This document shows, one piece after another, positions 1-14,766 of a stretch of DNA of 64,000 bases (its first letter is position 1; each line of letters begins with the position of its first letter). This DNA is from Syncephalis fuscata S228. Lineage: Eukaryota; Fungi; Zoopagomycota. The notes under the pieces are model-generated. The model did no database searches and was not told the origin of the DNA. It saw only the letters and a list, made by a program, of their open reading frames with translations. Location of the stretch: assembly GCA_025786725.1 (NCBI GenBank), contig JAHLTZ010000046.1, positions 62,001-126,000 of the forward strand, read 5' to 3'. The translations under genes were made by a program, and so were the position numbers.

Positions 1-2441
1 CAGTTCACTGACAGTACGCCAACACCACCCCATGCATCATGGATTTAAGCGAACCGAACAGGCAAGAACAACAGCACCAGTGCCATGTCCAACACCATCC
101 GCACCACCAGGTAATTAGCTATTTTGATTATTAGTATATGCATGCCTTTATAGACTATAGCTAACTAACTACTTACTTATCTAACTGTAGCTGTAGCTCC
201 TGTCTATCATCAAGCGTGGTGTGACTTTTGTGATACGATGATTGCTGGTCATCGCTACAAGTGCCAGCAATGTGCCGATTTCGATCTATGCTCCAAGTGT
301 ATTGGCCGAGCCGTGTCTCATAGCACTCGACATACATACACAGTGATTGAGAAGCCAGATACCGATGACCGTAGCCATATTAACAGCAATCCCTATATTC
401 AGTCGACGACAAAAACGACACCTACCACTGCGAGATGTCAAACTAGAACATCAAGCTCTACTTGTCGTAGCCGTTCGTCAAGAAATAACAATTGGACCCA
501 AGCATATACCGACACTGTACGCCATCTTAACGTAGTGTGCGATCACTGCAACTGCCGTATTGTCGGTACTCGTTACAAGGTAATTAAATTGACTATTTAT
601 TAATTAATTAATTAATTAATACTAATTGTTTACGTTATTAGTGTGGCAACTGTCTTGATTTTGATCTGTGCAGCAGCTGTGAAGCATCAAGTACACATCA
701 ACATGACGCTGAACACGTCTTTTTAAAGATCAAACGACCATTGCCATCACCACTAGCCACTAAAACTGCTTTACTGCCATCACTATATGTACGTAAGCCT
801 ATTTCATTATCGTCGTTCATAAATCGTTCTGTGGTCAGGTGTAAGTATTATTATATTTAATATATTATTTAATGATTTATTCATGTTTAATAGACTATCT
901 GGCAATGAGGATCGTTCTGGTACACCAACACCAAGTACTAAGCCAAATCCTTCGGTCATAAATAACAACAACAACAACAACATGCCCACTACTCAGTCTG
1001 AATCAACTGGTGAAAAGACTGAAGAGATTATTTGTGACAGGGATGTATCAGAACGCCAGTCTATGTCTCAGCTACCAGGTAGCTTTGCTTCTTTAAGGTA
1101 TGTATCGTACTATTGCAACAGAATCAATTGACTCATTTTATTACCAGTCGATCGATAGCATCAAGTTTTACCACCATTGGCAGCTCCATTCGCAGCACTG
1201 CATCTTATCATGGCACTTTTATCAACGATGCTAGCACAGAAGATGGCACGGTCATTATGGCTGGAGAGAAATTTATCAAGTCATGGACTGTAGCCAACCA
1301 AGGTGATTCTAGCTGGCCTGAAAATACCCGATTGATCTGTGTAGGCGGTGAATCAATGGGCAGTGTTACTGCTACCACTGTACCATCACTGGCTGCAGGA
1401 CAACAAGCGGTATTAAGTGTTGATTTAGTGGCACCACAACAAATTGGACTGAAGACATCTTACTGGCGACTTGTAGCACCTAATGGTTCACGTTTTGGTG
1501 ACCATTTGTGGTGTGAGATTAGTGTCACCAAGCCCATTGTTACAGAAGAAGCTGAAGCCAGCAAAGAAGAATCAGCTACAACGGAAGAAGTAGCCAAGGA
1601 TGCTACACCGACTGTAGATAGAGTAGAGCCAATTACTCAAGAAAACCATTTATCACACTCAGCTCTACTGGTTATTCCAACATTGTCATTCTCCAATATG
1701 AACACTGATGATGAAGATGCCATGTCTACCACAACGACCTGTTCATCTGATTTGACCAATCGATCTGCCTATGCATCTGAGACAAGCAGTGTGCCATCAG
1801 GTGCCTCTTCTTTACACATGGAGCCAGAGCCATTTAACACCTCGTCGATTACCATCCAAACAGCTCAATGGTCGAATTCGGATATCGAAAGTGATAACTA
1901 CTATCAAGAAGAACAAGACCTGCATCCTATTGTATGGGAATCGGATGACAATCACTCAGAAACAGCTTCAATTGCTAACCAAGAAGAAGAAGTAACTGCT
2001 GAAGCCGAAACAGATAATGAATCTGTATTTGATGACTGTGCCAGTATTTCTACCACCAACGAACCAGTTGAAATAGAAGTAGAACAGCCAATAGATACAG
2101 AAGAAGAGGAAGAGGAGGAGGAAGAGGAGAATAGTATGGCGTCCAAGGTCAGCAAGTATGAAATGTACGAACGTGAAGTGTATGAAATGTATGAAGACAA
2201 CGAAGAAGAAGAACAAGAACAAGAAGAAGATGAAGAAGATGAAGAAAAGGTCAAAGAAGAGACTAAAGAAGATGAAGATAAAGATGAAGAGGTCAAAGAA
2301 GAAACTAAAGATGAAGAAGATGAAGAAGGTGAAGAAGATACGCATACTGATGCTGAATTAGAGTCAATTACATCAGAATCGGCGTTTTCTGAAGACTTTG
2401 AAGTGATCAACAGTGATGTTTGGGATCCACCAACTCTTTAA
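1..2441 (+). CDS. NBR1: NBR1-like selective autophagy receptor (at least 2 ZZ zinc fingers, FW/NBR1 domain, acidic tail with C-terminal AIM); 5' end outside window
   Basis: Spliced ZZ motifs HQAWCDFCDTMIAGHRYKCQQCADFDLCSKC and HLNVVCDHCNCRIVGTRYK/CGNCLDFDLC (introns 111-190, 580-641). FW domain FINDASTEDGT..FIKSWTVANQGDSSWP..SYWRLVAPNGSRFGDHLWCEI. Terminal SEDFEVI. Confidence 0.85.
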
Positions 2442-2991
2442 GTAGCAGTGAATTATCATTTTCTTTATTTCATTTTAAATAAACAGTAAAAATCCAATTA
2501 GTTGATTTTTATATTGTGTGCAACATTTTACTTCAATTGTTACTCAAATTATGTGAATAGCTGTTATTTCAAAACAAACTTGTTTATCTATATATAGATT
2601 TATTGGTATCAACACATTTAAAACCAAAAATTATTATTAATTACTTATTAATCAATAAAACGGTCACTGCCTATTATGTGGAGTAACATTGAGCCATTAA
2701 AGCATTTTGATAAGGCCATTAATAACATGCCTATTTCTTTATTGTGGAGAGTAAATCCGAATGTAAACTAGTTTTTAAAAACCAAGGCCAGAATATTCTG
2801 GAATAGCACAAGGTCAGTTAGGCCTACATTTATCCGAATACTTGATTCATACTTATGCATATGTGCGCCACAATTGTTTACTAATATTATACAAATTACA
2901 TATAACAGCGCCTATGTTTATTACTATCTTTTAATGATCGTTTATAGCTTTATGACTCGTCTTTTATTTTTATAGCATTTCTTATTTAACC

Positions 2992-4001
2992 ATGCCAGCC
3001 ATTGATTATCATAACGATCGAGATACGGCATGGATGAAGCATGCCACGCGTCAGTGGGGTATCTCACTGCATCCAAGTGGCGAAATGAGCATCGACGACT
3101 ACTATATGAAAGTTGTCGATGACATTGAACAAGAACGCAATCATGCTCTAGGTGCATTGAAACATAATATAGTAATAATAATTGCATCGTGCATCTTTGT
3201 ACGCAATTTTATCCTATCCAGCATTGTTATTGCAAGACATAATCGCAGTATACCTGCGTGGTGTTGCTGGCTCGCTTCATGGCCTGGTGTTATATTTACC
3301 GTTTATGCTGTACTGTTAATACTTAGTGCGGGTGTTAACTGTCGCCTTATGATTTGGTCGACTTGGTGCAGTATGCCGTATGCTTATATACTTAATAATA
3401 CTATACTACTGAAGAAAGCCTATTTGATACAGGGTCGACAAAAATGGATACTATACGTTGGCATTCTACTGCTATTTCCACTACCGGCATTTGGCTTTAG
3501 TGTTATATTTCGTTCGTTTATAACTACAAATCCTTCGGGATTCTGTGTGATGCATTTTCCTTCATCTATACCCATAGTTTGGTTTGGATTGACTATTGTT
3601 ATCAATTTGTTTTTTTCTATTATGTTTTGTCATGTTGCTTACAATCAATACCGTACGTTTGGATCGGATGCATGGAAGAGATTGGCCAACGATGGAATAC
3701 AAAATATGTGTTTAATTTCATTATGTAATATTATATGTTGTATTTTTATTATATTTCAAATGGCTGGCAGCTATACCGATACTTTACTCCCATTAAGTTG
3801 GTAAGTAGATAGATGCAAAGATAAATTATATAAATTTAACTAAATGTATTCAGGGCCCTTACTTCAGCATTGGTAGTGAATCATTGCCAAAATTTACGGG
3901 CTACGAAAAAACTTTCTAATCGTCCAAAGACGCGATGCATTGCACATGTATCACAAATTGATACTGTAAAATTTAATGAGTATGAGACGTTGAATAGTTA
4001 A
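2992..4001 (+). CDS. Orphan GPCR-like 7TM membrane protein, paralog A (intron 3801-3853)
   Basis: Seven hydrophobic segments after splicing. Cys at the start of TM3 (GVNCR) and in ECL2 (SGFC). Clear paralogy to 6353-7362 and 62092-63092 with the same intron position. Confidence 0.75.
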
Positions 4002-4330
4002 TGTTTAGTTTTGTAAAACAATATCTTATTAAATAAAAAACATTTTTGCCTTTATTTTGCACACATAAATATGTTTAAAATTGCTATACTTTACAATTAA
4101 AATAGTAAGGCATTGATAGACTAAATAATATAGCTGCATAATATTTTTTAAGAAATAACTGTTTAATAATACTTGGATATTGGATAAAATGAACATAAAT
4201 GGACATTCAGTATTTACAAAACTTGTATAAAAGTCCATATAGTTACCGGGCTCTTTAGATTGAGCCGATTTATTAGGCAAAGTGATTTAGCATATTGAAC
4301 GTGTTAAGATGACTTGCCAAGTTTGTCCGT

Positions 4331-4771
4331 TTAAATCATTCCCGGTTTAGTTGGTTTACTAGGCTTTCCAGGCTTATTAGACGAAAATGGTTCGCTTAGT
4401 TCACGGTTTTCAGGTGATCTAATAGTTAAGCTGATTTGAGGTGATCCAGAAGGTAATTTGTTGGGTCTGCTATTATTAATGAATAGAGATGGTATATCAA
4501 AATTGGGCATTGGATTAACCATCGAAGAGTTGGTAAATATTTTGTTTCTAGGCATAGAGGAAGTAACGATAAATCCACCTGATGGCTGCATAAATCTTTT
4601 GTTTGTGGTAGACACACTAGATTGAGTGGATGATCCAGCCGAAAGTGCTCGTCTTGCTACGACATTGAAGTCGACCCCACGGCGAATTACCACTGGTTCT
4701 GCATTGGCTATAACTACACTAGCTATGAAGATAGCCGAAACCAGGCAGATGTAGGTACCAAATGATTTCAT
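4331..4771 (-). CDS. Small secreted protein (146 aa) with dibasic sites
   Basis: Signal peptide MKSFGTYICLVSAIFIASVVIANA. RR, RR and KR sites. S/P/N-rich body and KPG/KPS/KPT tail. Confidence 0.65.
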   Translation of the reverse strand: MKSFGTYICLVSAIFIASVVIANAEPVVIRRGVDFNVVARRALSAGSSTQSSVSTTNKRFMQPSGGFIVTSSMPRNKIFTNSSMVNPMPNFDIPSLFINNSRPNKLPSGSPQISLTIRSPENRELSEPFSSNKPGKPSKPTKPGMI

Positions 4772-6352
4772 CGTTACGATCTTGACAAACTAAATATACA
4801 GTGGACTGAATAATAAACAAATTCTATAATTATAACAAATTTTAGCTGTAAATCTATTATATAATTTGAGACTTGATACCTTATTTACTAATGATTGACA
4901 AGGATTGCGTTAAATAAATCGTGATAGGCTCGGTGTATCGCCACAACATAACAATACTGAATAAACTAAAGCTTTGAGAAAATACAATAAACTTAATTAT
5001 GATGGTGCTTTCGTATTTGGATAAACATTTAAATGGTAAACAATGCTGCAAATATTGATGGAGTAGCATTAAAGAATAGTAATGTGATGTCATATGATTA
5101 CGTTGGAAAATGCTGGACAGGAGCCATAGTTATCATATGACCAGTCATAAATCTACACTAACGTTTTTTGTACATAAAAGACGCTAATCACTGACAATTA
5201 CACAAGAATCGGCTGATTTAAGTCACTTGGTTGATAAACGGCTGGACAGTGCGACGGAGCACGAGACATATAGCATACTCAACATGCAGCTACAACTGTT
5301 AAGGTATTATTGAAAACACTAATAATATGTAACAAGCCGTTTTCTAAATAATATAGCAATACTTGTACATAAAAATGATAGCATTTCATTGAGGTTGTAT
5401 CGACAAGATTTATTGCCCCACAATTACTTTAAACAATGTGGCAATGCGCAATACACAAAAAGTGTGATCAACAGTCACTTGGGCATGCCATTTCGCTTGA
5501 ACACAGGCTAAGCCTTAGTTTTGAAACATGTGATAATGGCTGCGCGTGTATTAATGCAGTCTGCGAATGGGCCTCTATTGTTGTGTTTTGCATAGATGCG
5601 GCACTTGACATTCCAATGGAGCATAAACATCCGTATCATGCGATCAGCTGCACTGCAGTTTCAAATGGTTTTACCCAGCAGCTGATAAACACTTTGATAC
5701 TTTGGACTTTTCACGATGGCTTCACTATACGCTATTCATTGTTGCATTATATTATTCGCTACAATAGTAAATACAAAACTATTTTTAAAACTATATGATG
5801 TTTCTAACAATGGATTATGTGCATGCTGATATTAGTGATTATGTCGCTTGAAGCGCCATTCTAGGTATATCACTCACATGGAAAACTATCCTAAATAGTT
5901 GATTATGACCTTGAGTCTACAATTACGTATCACTTAATGATTATTATTTTAAATATAATTCCTGCCTTTGTGGTGCTAATTAGTATTTTGATTGCAGTAT
6001 CGTGCTAAAAAATGTACACAATAATTACAATAAATGTATTATTTCACAGTTGTAAGTATACAACAAACAATATCTACGACTTCTGGTGTTTCTATGATAT
6101 GTCTCGGTAAGGCCAACCATTTATAAACAGGATTTAAAGCGTGATGCCAGATATTCTCGGCAAAACGTGTAGTTCTGTTAAACCCGAACACGCTGTGACT
6201 ACTGGCTTATCATGCATATCATGCCATCGATACGACTCATGCAGGTTATTCTTGTTACTTATTAATCTCTTTTACTCTATCTTTAATCATTATTGTACAA
6301 ACAGCCTGGCTAAAGTACCATTTATTTTTTATTTATATGTGCAAATTTAAAT

Positions 6353-7362
6353 ATGCCACCAATCAACCCAAACGATCCTAAAGAGACCGAGTGGCTAAAG
6401 AATGCCACTTATTTGTGGGGTATTCCGCTTAATCCACGGGGTGAAATGAGCGTAGACGATTTTTATACTGAAGCTGCTGGCAGCTTGGAGCAAGAACGTA
6501 TTACTTAAGAAGTATGTTGGCACAAACGGTATTCCCTACCATGGTGTCATATCTGTTTATACGTAATTTTATCATATCCATAAAGGTGATTACAAAAAAC
6601 TGTCGTAATTTTCCTGCATGGTGCTGTTTTATTGCTTCACTATCGGGTATCATGTTCAGTATAGAAAGTGTTTTGCTGCTGTTCAGTGCTGGCGTCAGCT
6701 GCCGAATGTTAATCTGGTCAGCTTGGTTTGGTATATCCTTTGCACAGTTTTGTAATAGTATGGTACTATTGCAAAAAGCTTATGTTGTCATACTCCAGAA
6801 AAATGGATTTTGTACATTGGTGTTCCACTTATGCTTCCACAGCTCTGCTTTGGAGTTTTGATAATATACCAGTCTTTCATCACTATGGATCCAGTTGGAG
6901 GCTGTGGTATACGCTATCCGTACACTATACCGCTGTACTGGTTTGGTGTTATTATGTCTATCAATCTTCTTTTTTCTATCATCTTCTGTCGTGTTGCCTA
7001 CCGACAGTATTGCAGGTTCGGTTCGGATGCATGGAAACAACTGGCCCACGACGGCATCCAAACCATGTGTCTTGCTACACTTTGCAATATTGGATGCTGT
7101 TTTCTAATAGTATTCCATGTAACGGGAAACTATTCCGATGTTTTATTTACAGTAGATTGGTAAGCATGACTAATACCAAGTTTACACTTTTAGCTAACAT
7201 CCCTTTAGGGCGATTGTATCGACATTATTGGTAAATCATTGTCGAAGTATACGAAAAGTGCAAAATATGTCCAATCGTCCAAAGACTTATTGTATTCTAA
7301 ATATTTCAGAAATTAATACAGCAAGGTTGATAGAGGATAAAATAGTACACAGTGCTATTTAA
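6353..7362 (+). pseudogene. Orphan GPCR-like 7TM paralog B with two single-base frameshifts (pseudogene or assembly error)
   Basis: MPPINPNDPKETEWLKNATYLWGIPLNPRGEMS aligns to paralogs A and C. Frame breaks at about 6503 and 6800, each repaired by adding one base in a T or A run. Intron 7160-7208. Confidence 0.7.
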
Positions 7363-7833
7363 TATACATTACGAATTGTTAGCAATTACGACAAGCATTA
7401 TGTATACGAGTTTACAACATAAGGAAACAACAGCACGCATTGGCATTATTTATACAAAATATATCGTATCATCTTTATTTAACGAGCAATAAATAAGCAA
7501 TTAAAAATATAGAGCTATTGGTATATTTGGACATAAGACAAAATGCTCATAGAATTGAAAAGTATCAATTTACATTTAAAATGACTTAATACAATTACTA
7601 AATATATACATCTAAAGCATATTAGACAATAGAGTATTTAGTATAAAGTAGAGAGCAATGATGATCTGACAATTAGTAAAATGATATTTAACTTTTGAAC
7701 ATTATTACCAAATCTAAGTTCAATAGTGCATCACAAAATGTATACATTTTTATTATTTTAATTAGTAAAATATTCATTTTTTCTTGCTTTCTTTATTCAC
7801 ATTCATACAACTTGTTTGTCTATTCTATTCGCA

Positions 7834-8451
7834 ATGTCGCAAGCTGTAGGCAAAGTAAGTACAATTACAGCTATGTCTGCCATTAAACTTAGCAAGTCGT
7901 GATTTAGACTGCATTAGCGTATGCGCGTGTATGGCATTTGGTAGATGCCAACGAGCGCGTCTTGGGCCGTATGGCGACACGTATTGCTATTACACTAATG
8001 GGAAAGCACAAACCGATCTATGATCCGGCGTGTAAGTAGCGATCGAATAACATTGACGTTAAAGCTAATAGCAATCTATCTATTAATACTTCTAGCTGAC
8101 TGTGGCGATTATGTTGTGGTGATTAATGCGCGTAAAGTGGCCGTGTCGGGTCGTAAAGCTGAACAGAAGCTCTACCGCCATCATAGCGGCTATCCCGGTG
8201 GATTAAAGGAAATACCATATGAACGCATGATGGAAAGAAAGCCTGACGATGTAAGCAAATATCTGTATTTATATAATACATACGCTAATAACTATGTAAA
8301 GATTATTAGAAAGGCTGTGTCGGGCATGTTACCAAAAAATCGACTACGTGATGTTCGTCTCAAGCGTTTATTGATCTTCCCTGATGAAACACATCCATAT
8401 GCTGCTAATATCATTCAAAGATACGATGAGGCTGTTAAAATGACGACATAG
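7834..8451 (+). CDS. MRPL23: Mitochondrial ribosomal protein uL13
   Basis: Spliced [80 protein letters not shown]. Confidence 0.93.
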
Positions 8452-8573
8452 TTAAATCGCATGAAACTTATTACTAGATAAAATAATTATTAAATAGTGC
8501 TGTAACTGTGTTAAAATAATTGAATTAAAGCACAATATCGTATTTATTCATGGCAATGCGATGATTACCGTTA

Positions 8574-10289
8574 TTATTGCTGCCTTTGCTGATAGTAAGC
8601 TTCAGCTTGACTAATGGTGGCCAGATTAGAGCCTAGTTTGTTTAATGTTTCTTGGTATTCAGCGGCTGGATCCGAGTCAAATACAATGCCGCCGCCTGCT
8701 TGTAAATAGGCGACACCATCTTTGAATACCATAGTACGAATGGCAATACACGTATCTAGATCGCCTGAAAAGTTGAAATGGCCCACCGCACCGGCATAGA
8801 CACCTCGGCGTTCACCTTCAAGCTCGGATACCAATTCAATAGCGCGTACTTTGGGTGCACCTGATACAGTACCCGCGGGGAATATACTACGAAAAGCATC
8901 AAATGGCGTTTGATCATCGCGTAATGTGCCGCTAACATTGCTAACAATATGCATAACATGACTGTAGCGTTCAATGTGCATTAGCGAATCAACCTTGACC
9001 GTTTCTGGACGGCAAATCCGATTAACATCGTTACGGCCTAGATCTACTAGCATAACATGCTCTGCTCGTTCTTTCGGATCATTAAGTACATCCTTTTCAA
9101 GTGCCAGATCTTCAGCCTCGTTTTTGCCACGGGGCCGTGTGCCAGCAATAGGGTGTGTATAGACAATTTGATTCTCTACTTTTACGAGCATTTCTGGTGA
9201 TGCACCCACCAATTGAAAGTCATCAAGATCGATATAGAACATATACGGCGATGGATTGACGGTACGTAACTGACGATACACATTAAGTGGGTGTAGTTTA
9301 GTTGGACGGGAAATACGCTGTGATGGCACAGCTTGAATAATGTCACCTAGCTTAATATGCGATTTAAGCTGATTAACAAACCCTTCATAGCCTTCTTTGC
9401 CCACATTGGATGACCAAGCAACATCGTTCTGGCCATCTAAAACTGGTTGAGCCGGTGTAGGTATTTCTGTCGAGGCAAGAACGGCCAATAAACGATTGAT
9501 ACGTGCAATGGCCTTTTCATACTGCCGAGTAATCTCTTCAGGATCATTGGGGCCAGTTGCATTCGACAAACGAACATGTGAAATAAGCTTGACTTGTTGG
9601 AATAAGTGGTCGCATACCACAATAGTGTCACAGAACATTTGGACACTTTCTGGCAATTGAAGTGGATTATTTAATGAACGTTTTGTACGTGGTTCAAAGT
9701 GTTGTACACAATCATAGGCGATAAATCCCACAGCGCCGCCTAATCATTACCCTTAGCGATCCATCTTCACAATGTATATCATACGTATATATGGATCATT
9801 TTACTTACCGGTAAAGGTTGGTAATCCAGCTACAGGTATATACTTTATATCAGATAACTCATCTTCAATAAATGTAAGCGGATCGCCTTTAAGTGCCTCC
9901 TCCGGCCCAGTACGAATAATCTTGTATGGATCTATAGATCAATTAGTATTACTGACTATGCCGTAACTATATCGCTATCATTGCTGTATTTACCGGTGCC
10001 TATAAATGAATAGCGACCGATTTTCTCGCCTCCAGCAACCGATTCTAGTAAAAATGAATGTGGACGGAGCTGTGACACTTTTAAATAAATAGCTACTGGT
10101 GTTAGTAAATCGGCCGGTATTTCTGTATAGATTGGTACAGTATTGCCACGGCCACTTGTAATTGCCTCGGTTACTTCTTCCAACGAAGGCTTCAGCCCGG
10201 TCTATGTCCGTGAAATATTAACAACCACGCTATACTATGACTATTATATAATTTATGGCTACTTTTTTGGCTGGGTATATGGTTGTCAT
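8574..10289 (-). CDS. TRP2: Anthranilate synthase component I
   Basis: [80 protein letters not shown]; multi-exon. Confidence 0.96.
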
Positions 10290-10527
10290 GGCTAGAAAAT
10301 AGCAACAAAGTTTAAAGGTATCCGATGGATAATAGCGATGATGATCATCAATAGAATCGATTCTATTATTAATCTAATCGTCGTGTGAAAATCACTTTTA
10401 TATTGTAACCAGTCAAGCTGGATTCACTCGATAATGTTTTCTTTTTTTTTACTGAAAAAAGTAACGCTATATGCGCTACGCTTTTATTCGGATTGACTTT
10501 TTATTGCTTCGTTTATTCGTTATTGTC

Positions 10528-12400
10528 ATGGGAAAGGATCGCGCTATTGCTACGAAGCAGGCCAATCGCCATACGCCACTTCACAAGGAGTATACGCCTT
10601 CTGAAGAGGCACAGGTCAAAGGTGGATTGCGTAAAAAGTATGCCGACCGAGAGGAACGTCGTCGCAAGACCGAAGCCACGGTAGGCTATTGCATAGCATA
10701 TCTAGTCTGTATTATGACTAATAGTTGTGATATTACCATAGGAGTATGTAGATCCTAAACTGTCAAAGAAGATTCTTTCCATTGCTCGTGAACAACAAGA
10801 TGAACTTAACGAAGAGGAAGGCGATGAAGAAGTGATTCCGTATGTAACATAGTATAGTTTATTGACTGGTTGATACTAAACGATTAACAATAGAGAACTT
10901 GGCGATAAGCATAAAGATAATGGCGCCGATTCGGAAGAAGAGGAGATTGAACAAGAGGATGTCTATGAAGAAGAAATCTCTTACGATGCATTTGCCGAAG
11001 AAATGGTAAAGTCATACTAATATATATATATATAATTGAGTACTAACTCATTATAATAGGAGTTGGATGCTGGCGATCAAGCCATGTTAGATCGATTCTT
11101 CCCCAGTGCACCAACTCAACGCCGTAATTTGGCCGATTTAGTAATGGAGAAAATCCGTCAACACGAAGATGCTCGTAACCGACCCAAACATCAAGTGATG
11201 AAAGTAAGTAAATTATTGGCAATATTAACGATATTAACGATATTAATATTCAATTTAATAAGAACGTGCCACTCCACCTGGTATCAATCCTAAAATTGTA
11301 GAAGTATACACACAGTAAGTGATACTCAATGCTACTATTACCATATCAATTAACCATTATAATTTATATGATTAGAGTCGGTAAATTGTTAAGTCGGTAT
11401 AGATCTGGCAAATTACCAAAAGCCTTTAAAATCATTCCTTCTTTGCCCAATTGGGATGATATTCTTTTCTTGACACATCCTGAATCATGGACACCACACG
11501 CTGTGTTCCAAGCTACACGTATTTTTGTATCGAATTTAAAAGCTCACCAATCACAAAAGTAAGTTAGATATAGCATTAAATATGGACTAGTTGCTAACAG
11601 TAGGTTACAGATTCTTTACTTATATTCTATTGGATCATGTTCGAGAAGATATTAGAGAAACAAAAAAGCTTAACTATCATCTTTATATGGCACTAAAGAA
11701 AGCTTTGTATAAGCCAGCGGCGTTCTTCAAGGGTGTTCTATTTCCATTATGTGAAGTAAGTAATGTACAAGAAATAAACTACACTATACTAATGGTATCG
11801 CCTAATGTGCTACTATCTAGTCTGGTACATGCACACTACGCGAAGCAGCTATTATTGGTAGTGTGTTATCCAGAGTAAGTGTACCTGTTCTCCACTCTAG
11901 TGCCGCATTAATGCACTTGGCCAATATGGAATACACAGGTAATTGACATTATCAATGCTAATAACAACTAACTAACTAACTGTCTAATAGGTCCTAATAG
12001 TCTTTTTATGAGAATTCTACTTGATAAGAAATATGCCTTGCCATTCAAGGTCGTTGATGCCATTGTATTCCATTTCATGCGATTCAAGACTGAACAAGGA
12101 CCACTACCTGTTCTATGGCATCAAGCATTCCTTACATTCTGTCAACGGTAAGTACTGTGCTATTACACGGATCAATTCACTTATTAATACACTATAACTA
12201 CTATTGCCATTAGATACAAACAAGACTTGACACCTGAACAAAAAGATGCTTTGATGCAAGTGTTACGCTATCATACACATCATCAAATTACAGTGGAAAT
12301 TAGACGCGAAATTGTTCATTCAACATGTCGTGGTGAATTAATGGCTGCAGATACTGCTATGAGTGACAGTGGATCAACAATGGCCATGATGACCGACTAG
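10528..12400 (+). CDS. ENP1: Bystin (40S biogenesis factor)
   Basis: [67 protein letters not shown] across exons. Confidence 0.95.
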
Positions 12401-12487
12401 TATAGTCACCAGATTCACTTTCACTCTCTACTTATTAATCAATCGAGCTTGTCTCTGTCTTTCTCCTTCTTTATTATAATGATTCAT

Positions 12488-14704
12488 TCAAGTGGAACTC
12501 TCCATGGCCACTGAGACATTTGTTTGATTAAAATAGGCACCTTGTCGTAGATATTCTTTTAGTCGTGCCAATGTTGCCTCACTAACTATTTGATCCATAT
12601 CAGGGGCATTGGCCAAATGACGAATAATACTAAACTTCCATTTCTATCATAGAGTGTAAATGACACGGTAGATATATGAATTTGATCATGTAAATACCTT
12701 TCCTTCAAATGATGGTTCTACATCACGATTAAGTAGATGATTAATTGTACTTGTACTTGATACTATTAACTATAATCATAATAGTTATGTATATGTATAT
12801 GTATATGTATAAGCATAGTACTAGTAATGGTATATAGTACTTACCTCACGGCCCCAACGGTGTTCTGATAGTGCTTGAATAACACCATAACTAACATAGC
12901 GCAAATCATCAAATGCTTGCTTAGTATTTGACACTAGAATGGCTAGAAAGCCTGCATGACGAGGACCTAGTATATAAGTATAGATATAGATATGAATACA
13001 AGAGCAATACTATAACACTATGAGTAATAACTTACGTGAAGCAGCATCCAATTCTGTATAAAACAATTGACAATAACGTGACTTTTCCGCATCATGTTGA
13101 CCACTAATCATCGATGATTTTAATACAATTAATACAGTATATTCGATTATCATACCGAATTTCCAATAACATCATAACTGATTCTAAACAAGGCACTCGT
13201 AATTCACCGGTAGACCGTACCACTAGATCAATAAATGGCCGCAGTGTACCATGAGAGTACATGGCCTCAACACCACTTCCTGATCTGCCCAATAAGCCTA
13301 ATGTACGAATAGCCACTATCTAATGGAAATCAATCGATTAACTATGACTACTATTGGCCATTTAATAAATACCTTAACAATAGAATCTTGTGATTTAATT
13401 TGGTGTAAAATGGCATCTAAAATAGAGAATTTTTCATGTAATTCTTTAACATTATGAGTCTAATAATGACCATATTAATTAATTAGTTAATTAGTAGATT
13501 TATGCAATCAATTGTACTTACTTCACCAATACGGCCTAGAAACTTTAACGCTGAACACACAATCAACCGATCACCAGCACTGTACTCTTTAGGCAGTGCC
13601 CAACTTGTAATGGATCGAATAATGCCTTCATCATCCAAAAAGGCCAAAGCATAATCGGTATCGGCCAGCTATATATAATAAATAAAATAGATTAATTTAT
13701 CCAATACTTTACTTGTTATTAATAGTTACTTACATTGGCTACTAGATGTACTGTATTCATTACAAGCAATGGATCTTCTGATGATATATCGCTCACCATA
13801 TGCTTTAATAAGCCTGATGCTTCAAATTCATCAAATACTGCCCTATATTTACAACAAATAGGCACCATTAAATCCCATAGTCGAGATCGAACAATTTCAT
13901 TACTAATAAACCAACAGTATGATTAATGTATTTAATATTACAATTTGATCCTGGTAGTTACGTTTCCGATAGTTTTAAAAGTATAGGTTTGGCAGAAGGA
14001 CGGAAGAAAGCTTTGGCGCCGTTAATATAATCGGCCAACTAGAGTATAGTTATGAGCAGGTAGATTACTTTACACTTGCTAGTATTTACCTTTGATAGAA
14101 ATACACCTGTTTGTGTAGCAAATCCTATTCTTTCATCGGCCAATGAACCAAGTACCAGTTCAAATAGTTCTGGTGTTGATAACTAGTCATATACACTAGT
14201 ATTAGCAACAGTATTGGTTAACAGTAGATCAACTTACAAATCGCTCTACTGTCTCATTTGAAGCCAGACATTTGGCTATTTGTGACAATGCTAATGTACG
14301 GACCCGTTCAGTAGGCATTTGTATACCCATAATCAAATAGGACTAATGATTTGTTAGATACAATGGATATAAATCTATGGGCTTACTTGATAAAGATCTG
14401 ATATTTGATTATAGTCTTCTTTGGCCAGTACTAAAGCAATACAGCTGCTGGATAGTTCGACGACATAGCCATCCTCATAGTCTAATAGAGAGAATAGCAG
14501 GTTAATTGTATCAGTTGATACGGTAACCGTGCGGTCTAGTTGTTATCGGTTCACCGTAAGTATACGTATTGTGTCTAGTTATAACTGTATACCTTGTAAC
14601 AGCAACTTAAGTGACTGTAAAGAGTCTACATACTCTTCAGTATTTGAAGCATTGGACAGCGCTTCTACTGTTTGTTGTAAACGAAATGTTCGTTGGTCAG
14701 ACAT
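12488..14704 (-). CDS. PSMD5: 26S proteasome assembly chaperone S5b/PSMD5 (Hsm3-like)
   Basis: Many small exons. C-terminal FDDLRYVSYGVIQAL..LLNRDVEP..WKFSII..LKEYLRQGAYF resembles the PSMD5 C-terminus. Confidence 0.7.
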
Positions 14705-14766
14705 ATTTGAATAAGAAGTTAAAGTGATAACTGAATACAGAATGACCCATGTCTTAATAGTATTTT

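Noticed and set aside
1952-2410. Poly-Ser, poly-Phe and poly-Lys ORFs
   Set aside because: Shadow frames of the GAA-rich acidic tail of NBR1.
5436-5798. 120-aa ORF, and similar intergenic ORFs at 29197 and 56608
   Set aside because: No recognisable motif, signal peptide or paralog; likely chance frames.
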